Of a DNA stretch of 64,000 nucleotides, positions 13,822 to 28,300 are shown piece after piece. Position numbers and translations under genes: made by a program. Every line of letters starts with the position of its first letter. Positions within the stretch are counted from its first letter, which is position 1. Location of the stretch: contig NC_043007.1 in NCBI RefSeq assembly GCF_006345805.1, positions 2,294,001 to 2,358,000 on the forward strand, read 5' to 3'. Under the pieces are notes generated by a model. It saw only the letters and a program-made list of their open reading frames with translations. It was not told the DNA's origin and ran no database searches. This DNA comes from Octopus sinensis (Eukaryota).

Positions 13822-13972
13822 TAGGGAGAATTCACAAAAAAACAACAAAAGACGAAGACAGGTGGTGTAGAAAACAAACAGATGTATTAGTATAACGCTC
13901 GTGAAGTGAAAAAGTCTTTAACATTTCGAGCCTACACTCTTCCACAGAAAGGAACACAGAAAGAAACAATTA
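13822..13972 (-). mobile_element. Short (TA)n-flanked element with hammerhead-like fold (subfamily 1)
   Basis: Homologous to 29612-29800; fold at 13916-13951. Confidence 0.75.
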
Positions 13973-13974
13973 CA

Positions 13975-13996
13975 TATATGTGTATATGTATGTATG

Positions 13997-14032
<36 letters not shown>

Positions 14033-14035
14033 GAA

Positions 14036-14131
<96 letters not shown>
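13975..14131. repeat. Long (TA)n microsatellite
   Basis: Directly visible. Confidence 0.98.
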
Positions 14132-14134
<3 letters not shown>

Positions 14135-14425
14135 CCTAGTGGATAGAGTGCTGCGCTCACGATCGCGAAATCGTACTTGAATTCCAAGAGCGGGTGGTGG
14201 TTTGTGTTCTTAAGCGAAACACTTCATCTTACGTTGCGCTGTGATAACTTTTACACCTGATGCACGGTACACTGTGATTCTGTTCAGGTAACAAAGATCT
14301 GATGGTGAGAAGTGAGTTAGTGTGCGGCACGAACATTCGATCATTTATAAATAATTCATTTGTGCGGGTCGTTCGGGAAACAAGTTGAACGCTCACACGT
14401 CGTCTTCGACAGGAGACACCATCAC
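14132..14425 (+). mobile_element. tRNA-derived SINE, family D (single diverged copy)
   Basis: TAGCCTAGTGGATAGAGTG box-A-like, CTTGAATTCC box-B-like, GTTCTTAAGCGAAACACTT resembling family C core. Confidence 0.6.
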
Positions 14426-14434
14426 ACACACACA

Positions 14435-14465
<31 letters not shown>

Positions 14466-14475
14466 CACCACACAC

Positions 14476-14516
<41 letters not shown>

Positions 14517-14524
14517 CATAGCCT

Positions 14525-14877
14525 GGCACTCCGTCGGTTACGATGACGAGGTTTCCAGTAGATGCGATCAACAGAACAGCCCGCTCGTGAAATTAATGTG
14601 CAAGTGGCCGAGCACTCCACAAATACGTGTACCCTTAACCTTATCACAGAGTGTGATAAGGTTGGCCCTTTGAAATACAAGTGCAGCAGAAACAGGATGA
14701 AAGATTGAGAGAAGCTTGTGGTGAAAGAGTACAGCAGGTTTTGCCCCCCCCCCTCTGCTGGAGCCTCGTGGAGTTTTAGGTGTTTTCGCTCAATAAACAC
14801 TCGCAACGACCGGTCTGGAAATCGAAACCGCGATCCTACGAACACAACTCCGTTGTTCTAACCACTGGCCCCCTCCA
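14525..14877 (-). mobile_element. tRNA-derived SINE, family C
   Basis: Reverse complement of 26245-26629 type; tail GCACTCCGTCGGTTACGATGACGAGG. Confidence 0.88.
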
Positions 14878-15978
14878 AACACACACACACACACAAGCAC
14901 ACGTACACACACACGCGCGCACACACACACATGTATATATACAGGCACACACACACATATATATTTTATATATATGTATTTATAAATATATAAAATTGTA
15001 TATACATATAGTATACATACATATGCATATAGTATACATATATATGCATACATGTACACATACATACGCACACACACATACACACACTTATATATACATA
15101 TATATGAGCGGAAACTGTTTTCCTTTTGAAAAGGTCAAAATAATGTGAAATGAAACAGACCGAACTTCAAAAGCGAAAGTAGAACAACACGCGAAGTCAT
15201 GGCGTGTATTTCAGAAATACAATCTTCTGCTGATATTCTCTTTTCCCTTTTGTTGTTCACTTTGTAATTCATTCGGATTGTTTCGGTCTTAGCATAAATA
15301 GTTTTATCTAAAGTAACATCACACAAGGCTTCACTCTAATCATTCCATTAACATAAATGCATATATAAGTGTGTGTATAGTACAATGTTCTTGTGCTTGG
15401 TTTCAACGTAAAAAAAAAAAATATGGGTTAAGCGTAGAAGTTTTAAAAGCGAGTCATATATTTTAATTTACTATTAGAGCCACGTTCTTATTCATAACTA
15501 ATAAAAGGTAAAGGCAGAATAAATTACATTTGGGCTGTAGATAAGAAACTTCCCCGGAAATATGGAACCCGAGTGCTTTTTTTTCAGAAAGTAAAAGAAC
15601 GCAGATATTGAGATATAATTGAATGCCTAAGACAGTAGATCCATCTTTTAGAAATAATCACAGATATACGTAAGATGTATTAGATGACATGCAGTGCATG
15701 TAGAACAGCCGATGAGATTAATTCATAGAGATTGTTAAAAAAGACAAAGCTCAAAGAAAATGAAAATACAAGTAAAAGTGCATATATAGGTCAATCGAAT
15801 AAAGCATGCTGGTACATATATAATGTATTGATGCAGATATTCATATGAGTGTGTGTGTATAGGAATTAATGTCGTCGTTTCATTAATCTATACCTTTCAC
15901 ATTTTCCCTATTTGTCTCCGTTGACGGAATATCCCATATACTTTAATAGCAACACCGTTAATATATTGATGTATATAT

Positions 15979-16043
<65 letters not shown>

Positions 16044-16104
16044 ACTTACATATCTATATGCATGCATATGTATGCGTATATGTATATATGCATTCATATA
16101 TATA

Positions 16105-16511
16105 TACTCTTTTACTTGTTTCAGTCATTTGACTGCGGCCATGCTGGAGCACCGCCTTTAGTCGAGCAAATCGACCTCAAGACTTATTCTTTGTAAGCTT
16201 AGTACTTATTATATCGGTGTCTTTTGCCCAACCTCTAAGTTACGGGGACGGAAATACACCAGCACCGGTTGCCAAGCGAGATTGTGGAGACAAAAACAGG
16301 CACACAAACATACACACACACATACAAATATATATATGAACATATATACGACGGGCTTTTTTCAGTTTCCGTCTAACGAATCCACTCACAAGGCCTTGGT
16401 CGGCCCGAGGCTGTAGTAGAAGGCATTTGCCCAAAGTGCCACGCAGTGAGAATGAACCCAGAACTATGTGGTTGGTAAGCAAGCTACTTACCATACAACC
16501 ATTCCTGCGCC

Positions 16512-16512
<1 letters not shown>
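16105..16512 (-). mobile_element. SINE family A, full length
   Basis: Tail TACTCTTTTACTTGTTTCAGTCATTTGACTGCGGCC, head ...TTCCTGCGCCT. Confidence 0.93.
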
Positions 16513-16544
<32 letters not shown>

Positions 16545-16870
16545 ATAGCGGTGCCCCAGCATGGCCACAGCTCATAAGCTGAAACTAGAATCAATCAATC
16601 AATCAATATATATATATATATATATATATATAATGTATGTATGTTTATGCAAGTGTGTGGTTCTTATGGATAACTATTCAGAAATAAATATTCAGAGAGA
16701 CAAAATGTAACTGAAGAATGATGAAAAAAATAAACAAGGAGCATGATATTTCTTACACACAGACACATATCATGTGCACGTGTGTTTGTATCTATTGTGT
16801 GTATGTATAATTGTACATTTGTATATATACACATATTTATCTATATACATACTCTCTCCACACATGTATG

Positions 16871-16914
<44 letters not shown>

Positions 16915-17228
16915 TTTGCTTATATATAAATATATATGGATAAATATTTGTGTATATATGCCACATATTTATCCATATATATTTATATATAAGCAAACCA
17001 CTCTCTCCCCACTCGCACATACAAACAAATATAGAAATATACACACACGCATATTCAAACAAGGATACAGGAACAAATACATATATAAAGGATGGAGACA
17101 GTGTGAAGGGGTTTCATTTCTGAAGATCGGAATACATTCCTACAAACTACGGCTGTAGATTTAATCTCTAATTTTGAAGATACTTTCCCCATTACATGTC
17201 ACCGTCTTTTCAACAGACGTAACTTTAA

Positions 17229-17451
17229 CCCATTAAGTCCCACTGTCCTATAAATAGGATACTAAATGAGAACATTAGATAAGCTATATCACAATGTCTC
17301 TGTGTCCTATTTATAGGACACCGAGTATTTCCATTTCTACTTGAAGCAAAAGAGTTTTAATCATTATTTTTTTCATTTTAACCTAGTTTCAATCATCTGT
17401 AAAAATTTAAAATTAATATTCAGAAATTTAAGTACTCTGGGACCGAATGGG
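17229..17451. mobile_element. piggyBac-type MITE (223 bp)
   Basis: TTAA on both sides; TIRs CCCATTAAGTCCCA / rc CCCATTCGGTCCCA; internal repeats TGTCCTATAAATAGGATAC and TGTCCTATTTATAGGACAC. Confidence 0.85.
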
Positions 17452-17691
17452 TTAATGTTAGTTGCTCATACATAGAAATCAAAGGTTTCAACATCGCTAT
17501 CTATAAAAGAGAAAAGCATATTCCGGTACAGCCTTTACCCTAGGCTACAGGTACCGAAACCATTTCAAGTGTTCACTTAGAGGAGTTTGCTTTTCCAAGA
17601 TGGTTTATACGATGACCCGAGTAATTACGCACGACTGACAACCAATCACTTCAAAGTAAAATTGAATGAACATATACATTTCCTTAAACCC

Positions 17692-17734
<43 letters not shown>

Positions 17735-18645
17735 CAAAGAGAAAGTGCTTCATCTCCCTGCTTTGTTCCATCTGTACTCATCGACATCAGAAAGTGACGT
17801 TTCTAGTGTGACTCGGATCAATCACGAAAATACCTGACTTAATTTGCCTTTGTCGTCAAGAAAAGCTGCACATATCGAAAAGCCATCTGTTTTTTTTTTT
17901 TAAGCAAAAAAATGAATTTGCATACTGCTATCGTCAACAGTTTTTTGTGTTAACTAATTTTAAACACGTAGTTAATGCGGTTAATGTTAATAACTAATTT
18001 TAAACACGTGGTTATTAACATTAACCGTATTCGAATTTTTAAAACTAAATACTTGTTTCGCAAGAGTTGTTCTCATATATTCACCGAATGACTACTAGTC
18101 CTTACAGCCCTTACATATTCATTTCGTTTAACTTTTGATTCCATTACATAACTCTTAGAAGCTAAAAAGAACGAAATTTAAGCACCAACCAAAGCCAATA
18201 TATCGCATTTCGGTTTCATGAATACTTTTTACTCAGCACCATATTGTGTGAACCACTGAGCTATAGTAATCGAAGAGCAACATTGAAAACAGCAGATGCA
18301 TACCCTTGTACGTACGCGTTTGCATAGACTTGTTCGTGTGCGCATGTGTATGAATTTTACGCAAATCTAAGTTACACACACACACACACACAAACATATG
18401 TTCATATAAGAATAAATAGGATGAACAAACTTAAATTTATAAAATTTACTTGTAAGGGGTTAGATAAATAAAGCATTAATTAAATGATTATTTTATTAAT
18501 TAAATAAATGATCATTAATTAAATGATTATTTAACAATACCTTTATAAGTTACTCCCGACACTCTATAATGCCAACATCTAAACAAAATCTCGATTTTTT
18601 CTCAATATATCGTGATAGGTCAACTTTGAGCTATCTTGGACGCGT

Positions 18646-19892
18646 CTTTGACCAGACAAAATAATGGAAACATCTAGCATCATAGCATCATAATTTTGAA
18701 ATATTTATAAAACTGTCAAAAGCTTGTTTATTTTTATGTTTTTTGATTTATTATTAGTGTTGCTTAATATGTTTTTCCTAAAATTGCTGTTTCTTTTCAG
18801 ATATCATCAGGAAAAGGTAATTAGAATTTATTAAAATGACAGGCCTATCGGACTTTCAAGGAGATCAATTTGTTGGTGCTCGTATGACAAGCGCTAGCAT
18901 AACGAAAATAGCTGAAATGTTTGGTGCATCAAGAAGTACTGCCTCGAAAGTAATGACAGCCTTTGAGAAAGAAGGAAAAACTCTCTCATCAAAACAAAAT
19001 TCCGGAAGAAAACCAAAACTTTCAGATAGGGACTGCCGGACTCTTATATGAATTGTTAGAAAGGATCACAAAAGTACAGCTCCCAAAATGACTGCAGAGC
19101 TTAATGACGACTTCGAGAATCCAGTTTCCATAAAAACTGCACGCCGGAACTGCACAAAGTCGGATTTCACGGGAGGGCTGCAATCAGAAAATCACTACCT
19201 TCAAAAACAAACGTTGCAAAGCATTTAAAGTGGAGTAAAAACCTACAGAATTGGTCCCTTGAGCAGTGTAAGAATGTTATGTTCATGGACGTGTCATCCT
19301 TTACCTAATTTCCGACGACTGGCCGAGTATACGTGTGGAGACAGCGAAAAGAAGCAGTTAATCTAGACTGCTTTCTTCCAACTGTTAAACATGGTAGAGG
19401 ATCTGTGATGAACTGGCGGGTATGCATCTTGGAAATCCACCGGTCCAATGGTTTCCTTTCATGCCAGAATTAATAATGAAGACTATTTAAGGATTTTATC
19501 CCATCAAATTCATCCTATGGTTGCGGAATTGTTTCCGGAGGGAAACGCAATCTTTCAGGATGATAATGCACCAATTCACACAGCTAAAGTTGTTACTGAA
19601 TGGCACGAGGAACATTCTAGTGAAGTTGAACATCTTATCTGGCCACCACAGTCCCCAGATCTGAACATTTATGGTGCATTTTAGAAAAACAAGTAAGGAG
19701 TCGATATCCTCCACCATCATCACTACAAGAACTGGAGATTGTTTTAGCTGAAGAATGGACAAAATTTCCTTTGAAAACAATTCAAACTTTATACGAATTC
19801 ATACCTCATAGGATTCAAGCTGTAATTACTGCCATATTAAAATAATTTTGCCTGAAATTTTAACGTGTTTCCATTGTTTTGTCCAGCCACAG
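18646..19892 (+). mobile_element. Decayed Tc1-like DNA transposon (~1.25 kb)
   Basis: Imperfect TIRs ..GACAAAATAATGGAAACA / TGTTTCCATTGTTTTGTCCAGCCACAG, right end followed by TA. Confidence 0.9.
18836..19840 (+). pseudogene. Tc1 transposase with stops and frameshifts
   Basis: HTH N-terminus with SGRKPKLS, YVWR, VKHG, IFQDDNAPIHTAK, LIWPPQSPDLN. Confidence 0.92.
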
Positions 19893-20199
19893 TATATACA
19901 TATGTCGATGGATAGATAGATTTAGGTTTAGATTTATACCTATTGAATTTCTGGTTGTTTCACAATTGGCTATGACCACACTTGGATCCACCGTTAAAAG
20001 TCTTCAGTTAATCATATTGAATTAAGTCTGCAATATATGGAAATCTATAAATATATTTGTCGAATTTTCAAACTGCTAGATATCAACAAAGAACACCGTT
20101 ATTTAAGCGGTGTCGATATAAAGACAGATATAGTCACAGGCCTAGAACCTCGAATACGGCGATACACACTGACACAGTTACAGATACAAACACACACAC

Positions 20200-21690
<1,491 letters not shown>

Positions 21691-23120
21691 GTATATGTAT
21701 GCATGTATATATATATAATTACATTCGCATTTCCACATATCTTCAGTCATATATAAATGCTTACAAGCTTAGGAACACATACACACGTATATGCAATCAT
21801 AATTAAATAGTTGCGCATACACACCACCTCCACACATACATAATTACATACGTCTCGACTTATATTTACACACATATCACACACACCTACAAACAGACAC
21901 ATGTATGTGTATATATATATACTCAAGTACTTATATTTCGCCTTATTCGCATATATAGATGAGTATATATATAAATATATTCATAGACGAAACATATAAA
22001 TCTGCTTGCCTACGTACACATATATATATACGTAACACATATTCCTTCTTATGTAAATACATAGATGAGTATAAATGTATATTCGTAGACATATGTCCTG
22101 ATAGCAGATTGATGCGAAAATAAATGAATACGTACATATACATATCTTATATGGAATTTCTGTAAATAACTTTTCCTAATTCGAAATTCTATACAAATAT
22201 TGTATAAAAAAAAAAATCATTCATAATGTATGGATAAAAATGCTCACCATGTGATTAATTAGACGGAAGTTCTCCAATCATTTCTGTATATATGGCACAG
22301 CAGTGTGAAAAAAATAACAGGTTCCATAAATTTAGGAGATAAATGTATTCCGAAAGTCAACTATTCTGCGAATATTTTAAATTATTCTCTGATAGCTCTA
22401 TAGTCGTTGGAGATTTAGGTCAATGATTTTTTTATTCAACAAATTCGTTTCCACCTTACTCTCTTTATTCCAATGAAATGGAAAGATTTTAGAAGATTAC
22501 AAAGAAAGGGGAAAAATGGAGAGAGATAAAATGAGACAGAAAAGAAACAAGAAAGACAATGAGGGAAAATATTTATATATTTATATTTAAAATGGATGAT
22601 TGCATACATTTACGCGTAGATATGGTTGTGAGTAAGTATGTGTATTTTTAAGTATACAAAGTCACTCGTTCAATGACATCCTTGCTTGCACACAGGCAAG
22701 TGTGCGCATAGAGGCTTACAAATGCACAGGCCCATAGGCATACGTACTGCATGAATATATATACATGCATAAATACGTGCAAACACACACACAAACTCAC
22801 ACACAGACATACCTACAAAGAAAAAATAATATATTTGCGGAGACTGCATTCAAAAGAAAGAGTGTTGTTTCTGGGTCAGAAACCAGCTCATTCGCTCTTA
22901 GTGGGAGAATCAGAAAATATAACAAGGTAAACCTGAATATTATATATGAAAATTTATGTATATACATGCCCGTGCGCAGACAAACACATACATTCGAAAA
23001 CGCATGGACGCACAGAAGCGCGTATAATGAGTTTCTTTTGTTATTTCGCCTCTTATTGGACTGGTTTAAGCAAATGCTCAAAGGTATTTCAAACATGACC
23101 TTCCTGCAGATTTGTATACC

Positions 23121-23352
23121 TATTTCTTTACTACCCACAAGGGGCTAAATACAGAGGAGATAAACTACGACAGACAAACGGATTAAGTCGACTATATCGA
23201 CCCCTGTGCGTAACTGGTACTTATTTAATCGACCCCGAAAGGATGAAAGGCAAAGTGGGCCTCGGCGGAATTTGAACTCAGAACGTAGCGGCTGACGAAA
23301 TACCGCTCACCATTTCGCCCGGTGCGTTAACGTTTCTGCCCGCTCACCGCCT
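23121..23352 (-). mobile_element. SINE family B, full length, with 15 bp TSD
   Basis: GCAGATTTGTATACC at 23106-23120 and 23354-23368. Confidence 0.95.
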
Positions 23353-24951
23353 AGCAGATTTGTATACCGAGGACTACATTGTCCTATGTGTCGTTCCATG
23401 TGTCATTTTCATCTTCCAAAAGAAGGTGCAACAGAAAAAGGCTTCTATAATTTATCCGACCATTGGCATGGTGCCAGTGATTTCAGTAGGCATAAGTGTT
23501 TCTTAATACAGCTAATAGTCAATCGTTTGGTACTCGTCTATCTTTATGTTTCGTATTAGTGCCACCTGTAAAGCACGGGAGATTTTCTGCCGCATCCTGC
23601 AGATAGCATGAATTATTGGCTTGTCATAAATTCATTCATTTCCTTTCCACGTGGCACTCTATCGTCAAATGTCTGAAAAGGGGTAAAACTTATTCAAATT
23701 TCAAAAACGTTAAACAAAATTGTAGACGAGCAGCACAGCAAAAACTATATAAAAATCTACTATAATGTTTTTGTAATTTTTTTGCGCTAATTCAGAAAAC
23801 ACGAGAAAGAATTAAAATAAAATAAAATTGTAAAAAAAATAAACGAATTTATCGGGCAGCCTAATATATTTATTGACTAACTCGGTAGACTGATTAGCAA
23901 TAATGATTAGCTGCGGACGCATAACTGTTTAACTGTACAATCACAGTACGTGGAGTCCGGCCACATTCGTATAACTTTGATCTTATTTTACTACCAAATC
24001 AACCCTCAAGTGACTTATTTGCATTATATAATCGATTATAGCTATCTTTAACATCATACGTATCCTATATTTTCTTAAATTATGTGCACTGCTGCTTTAA
24101 TCTTTATCATTATCTAAGCTAACCTTACTTGTAATCTCAGTTTAACATCAGTTTAAAAGCAGTTTTGTTATCCTCGATAACAAAAGATTTTCCATCTCCG
24201 ATCAGTCGTAAAATACCAAACTCCTTTCTGATACTTCTATTTAGTTACAATGACACTTTCTAACATCATAGCAATCAACTCTTTGCTATAAACTATCCAA
24301 ATTCTTTACTTCTCTTTCTTTACTAACAAATGCATTAACCTCCTTTGTTTTTACCAATAATTAAACTAAACTTCAGAATTGTACTTCTCCTTTCTGTTAC
24401 TTAATCTGAGACTGTGTCCAAGAGCGATTCTAATTAGTTAAAAACACACAGAAGTTAAATTCACTTTGAATTTTGAATATATTGCCCGAGATATCATAGC
24501 GTTTGTCGTTCAGCTGTACCATTTTCACTGACACTCTTCCACTCTCACTGTTCTACCAGGACGATGGCTGACTTTCCTTTAACGTTCGTTTTCTTTTTTC
24601 TATATTTCCTGTTGAGCTTAAAGATACATAAATTTCTTCTATTCATGTACATTGGAGTTGATTTCCTGATAATGGTTTATCGCCGTTAGTAATTTTCAGC
24701 GGCTAATTTTCTTTACAATTTTCTTTTTTTTTTGTCTTTCTAACATTGTATAAACTTAACTGGGTATATATTTAATTCTTCGAGTTAATAGTCACAACAT
24801 TTTACTTCTATTACTCTTAATTTTAACTTCTCATGGCACATAATGTAACTATAATCATTACTATTGGGTTGGTGCATAATTATTGCGGCTTTTTTTCAAT
24901 AAATTTTATTCAACAACGCACACACAAACAAACACACGCACACACGTGTGT

Positions 24952-25305
24952 TTATTCTTTTATTCTTTTACTTGTTTCAGTCATTTGACTGCAGCCATGC
25001 TGGAGCACCGCCTTTAGTCGAGCAAATCGACCCCGGGACTTATTCTTTGTAAGCCCAGTACTTATACTATCGGTCTCTTTTTTGCCGAACCGCTAAGTAA
25101 CGGGGACGTAAACACACCAGCATCGGTTGTCAAGCAATGCTAGGGGGACAAACACAGACACACAAACACACACACATATATATATATACATATATACGAC
25201 AGGCTTCTTTCAGTTTCCGTCTACCAAATCCACTCACAAGGCATTGGTCGGCCCGGGGCTAAAGCAAAAGACACTTGCCCAAGATGCCACGCAGTGGGAC
25301 TGAAC
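24952..25305 (-). mobile_element. SINE family A, head truncated
   Basis: High similarity to 16105-16512 and 52966-53399. Confidence 0.92.
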
Positions 25306-25549
25306 ACTGTGTGTACATTTATTTTATACATTTAATACATCTAGACTACATTTTATAAAACCTACACCAAAAGTTAACAAATGTGAATACATATATCTTA
25401 TAGTTTGATAGATGTTGATAGATATAGACGCATATAAATAGATACATAGAGATAGGTATACACACCTATATATATATATGCATATGGGTATACATGTATA
25501 CTATACTATATATATATATATATATATAATGTATATGAAATGTATAAAT

Positions 25550-25785
25550 ATGATGGCTGTGAAGTAAGTAGCTTTCTTACCAACTACACGGTTCTATCGC
25601 TTGGCAACCGATGCTGGTGTGTTTACGTCCCCGTCACCTAGCGGTTCGGCAAAAGAAACCGATAGAATAAGTACTAGGCTTACAAAGAATAAGTCCTGGG
25701 GTCGATTTGCTCGACTAAAGGCAGTGCTCCAGCATGGCCACAGTCAAATGACTGAAATAAGTAAAAGAGTAAAGAGAGTAAGAGT
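25550..25785 (+). mobile_element. SINE family A with internal deletion
   Basis: Head remnant joined directly to GCTTGGCAACCGATGCTGG...AAGTAAAAGAGTAAAAGAG tail. Confidence 0.88.
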
Positions 25786-26244
25786 ATTATACATTTGTAT
25801 AATACAGTTGTGTGCAAAAGTAGGTACACGGGTATGCGAAAAGAAAACACATACAATACTCGTTTATTTTTAATCAACAAAATCAAACTTTACAATAAAA
25901 GTAATATTATGGTTATGATAAATGTGGTATTATGATAAATGACACTGAAAATATCAAAAATTAGGTTAATTTTTAATATATTTTGATAATAATATATGAG
26001 TGTTGTACGTGTTTTATTTTTTCATAATTTTATACCTACTTTTGCACCGCCTTGTTTATAACAGAGTCTGTATTTGGTGTGTGGACGAGCTCATTTGCGT
26101 TTTATCTTTTCACTGTGTTCCTGAAGTTCGCGCCTACGAATCTCACATAAAACTTCCAGAGAGGAAAATAAAATCTTTCCTCATAGCGCGATAACTTTAA
26201 GATATATATATATATATATTCCTTCAAGTAATTCACTTGTGTAG

Positions 26245-26629
26245 TGGAGGCGCAATTGCCCAGTGCTTAGGGCAGCGGACTCGCGGTCAGAGGATCGCGG
26301 TTTCGATTCCCAGACCGGGCGTTGTGAGTGTTTATTGAGCGAAAACACCTAAAAGCTCCACGAGGCTCCGGCAGGGGATGGTGGTGATACCTGCTGTACT
26401 CTTTCACCACAACTTTCTCTCACTCTTACTTCCTGTTTCTGTTGTACCTGTATTTCAAAGGGCCGGCCCTGTCACTCTCTGTGTCACGCTGAATATCCCC
26501 GAGAACTACGTTAAGGGTGCACGTGTCTGTGGAGTGCTCAGCCACTTACACGTTAATTTCACGAGCAGGCTGTTCCGTTGATTCGGATCAACCGGAACAT
26601 TCATCGTCGTAACCGACGGAGTGCTTCCA
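26245..26629 (+). mobile_element. SINE family C, full length, with 12 bp TSD
   Basis: TGGAGGCGCAATTGCCCAGTG head, GGTTTCGATTCCC box B; TTCACTTGTGTA at 26232-26243 and 26631-26642. Confidence 0.94.
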
Positions 26630-26992
26630 CTTCACTTGTGTATTCAGTTAAGTATTTCAATGAATGCCTAAATCAATATTTCAAAGCTTTTTACTGTTTC
26701 TAGTGTTAATTCATGTTTTAACTCTTAATTCAGTCTTGTATCATCTTTTTTCCCCACGTAGCATAGATTTTAATCATTAACAGCTCATATGAAGGTAAAG
26801 AAATCCTTATATGGAAATCATAAATTTACCTGTATTAACAATGTATTGTAGCGTCACAAACGCAGGAGACATGCAAGTAATAAAGAAAAAAGATGATACT
26901 TAATTAGAAAGAATTTTTTGTTTTGCTGAAGTATCCATGGTGAGAAATGTGGGCACAAGACATTTTTATTCCATCACGTCAATATACGTGCA

Positions 26993-27336
26993 TATATAAT
27001 ATAATTCGAGACAAAACCACTATTTTAAAACCAAACAAGGAAAGACTTAATCAATACATAAAATTTTAATATAAATTAAATAAACCGCCACTACAAATGT
27101 TTCATGTCTGCTCCGACAATCTTCAGGTGGATTTTCGATCTTCTAATCAGTATCAAATTTTGACTTCAAAATTTGATACTGATTAGAAGATCGAAAATCC
27201 ACCTGAAGATTGTCGGAGCAGACATGAAACATTTGTAGTGGCGGTTTATTTAATTTATATTAAAATTTTATGTATTGATTAAGTCTTTCCTTGTTTGGTT
27301 TTAAAATAGCGGTTTTGTCTCGAATTATATTATATA
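26993..27336. repeat. Near-perfect palindrome: 171 bp arms, 2 nt spacer, 1 mismatch
   Basis: Centre TATCAAATTTTGA-CT-TCAAAATTTGATA at 27164-27165; only mismatch found is A27019 vs C27310. Confidence 0.96.
27199..27241 (+). ncRNA. Minimal type I hammerhead ribozyme, canonical core (mirror copy on - strand at 27088-27130)
   Basis: CCAC CTGAAGA T TGTC ggagca GACA T GAA ACA tt TGT A GTGG: stem I CCAC/GTGG, stem II TGTC/GACA, stem III ACA/TGT, GUA triplet. Confidence 0.78.
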
Positions 27337-27416
27337 ATATTTTACTATAAAATTGGATTTAACCCTAAATCTGATTTTTCCCTGTAATTTTGGATTCATT
27401 CCCTAATATTTATTAT

Positions 27417-27458
<42 letters not shown>

Positions 27459-27460
<2 letters not shown>

Positions 27461-27725
27461 GAGGCGCAATGGCCCAGTGCTTAGGGCAGCGGACTCGCGG
27501 TCGGAGGATCGCGGTTTCGATTCCCTGACCGGGCGTTGTGTGTGTTTATTTAGTGAGAACACCTACAAGTTCTACGAGGTTCCGGCAGGGGGTGGTGGCG
27601 ACCACTGTGGTAATATTTAGCCACAACTTTCTCTCACTCTCTCTTCTTGTTTCTTGGCGTCCTGTCCAGGTGAGGGGAACACATACGCCATAGAAACCGG
27701 GTAACCGGGCTTGAAAAGGGCGACG
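27459..27725 (+). mobile_element. SINE family C, alternative tail (C')
   Basis: Same head as 26245; tail GGCGTCCTGTCCAGG...CATAGAAACCGGG...GGCTTGAAAAGGGCGACG as at 37197. Confidence 0.9.
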
Positions 27726-27744
27726 AAATATATGTATATATATA

Positions 27745-28300
27745 TATATATGCATACATGGATACAGGACGTCAGCAACTGTAAACAACATGAAGTACGA
27801 AAACAAATGAGTTAAATACGCAAAGAGGGAAAGAATGGAAAACAGGACAAGTAACACAAAGAACGACACTTCATCAGTTGTCGGCTGTCTATCTTCTCCC
27901 CATTTCGAGCAATCAACGACGATATGAGTCTTCGCTGACAGTTGCTCTCATAACTTCCAAATAAAAAATTTGGATGTTTGGAGGGTCAGAGTTGGGAGCA
28001 AAAACAGGACAGTAGAGACATATAAGGAAACCGAACCAAAACAAATATGGAGGGTCGTTAGAACAGAACGGGAGGAAAATAGTGAACGCTGAGAGAAATA
28101 TTTTCTTTGAAAAGAGAAAAGATAGAAGACGTCCAGTCCTTATGAAATCGTGCAGGAAAAGAAATGTCACGTGAGGAAAAGAAAAATGGACGATGGTCGC
28201 GTGTGAGCAACGAGAGAGAGAAAAGAGAAAGAGGGGAGAAAGAGAGAAAGACTGGTAGAAAACGGAGAAAGGGAGAAAGTAGTACAGAGTAGAGTCGCAT
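27745..28300. repeat. Purine-rich dispersed repeat distantly related to 31160-31495
   Basis: Starts (TA)n-CATGGATACAGGAC; shares CTTCA(T)CAGTTGTC segment with 31292. Confidence 0.5.
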
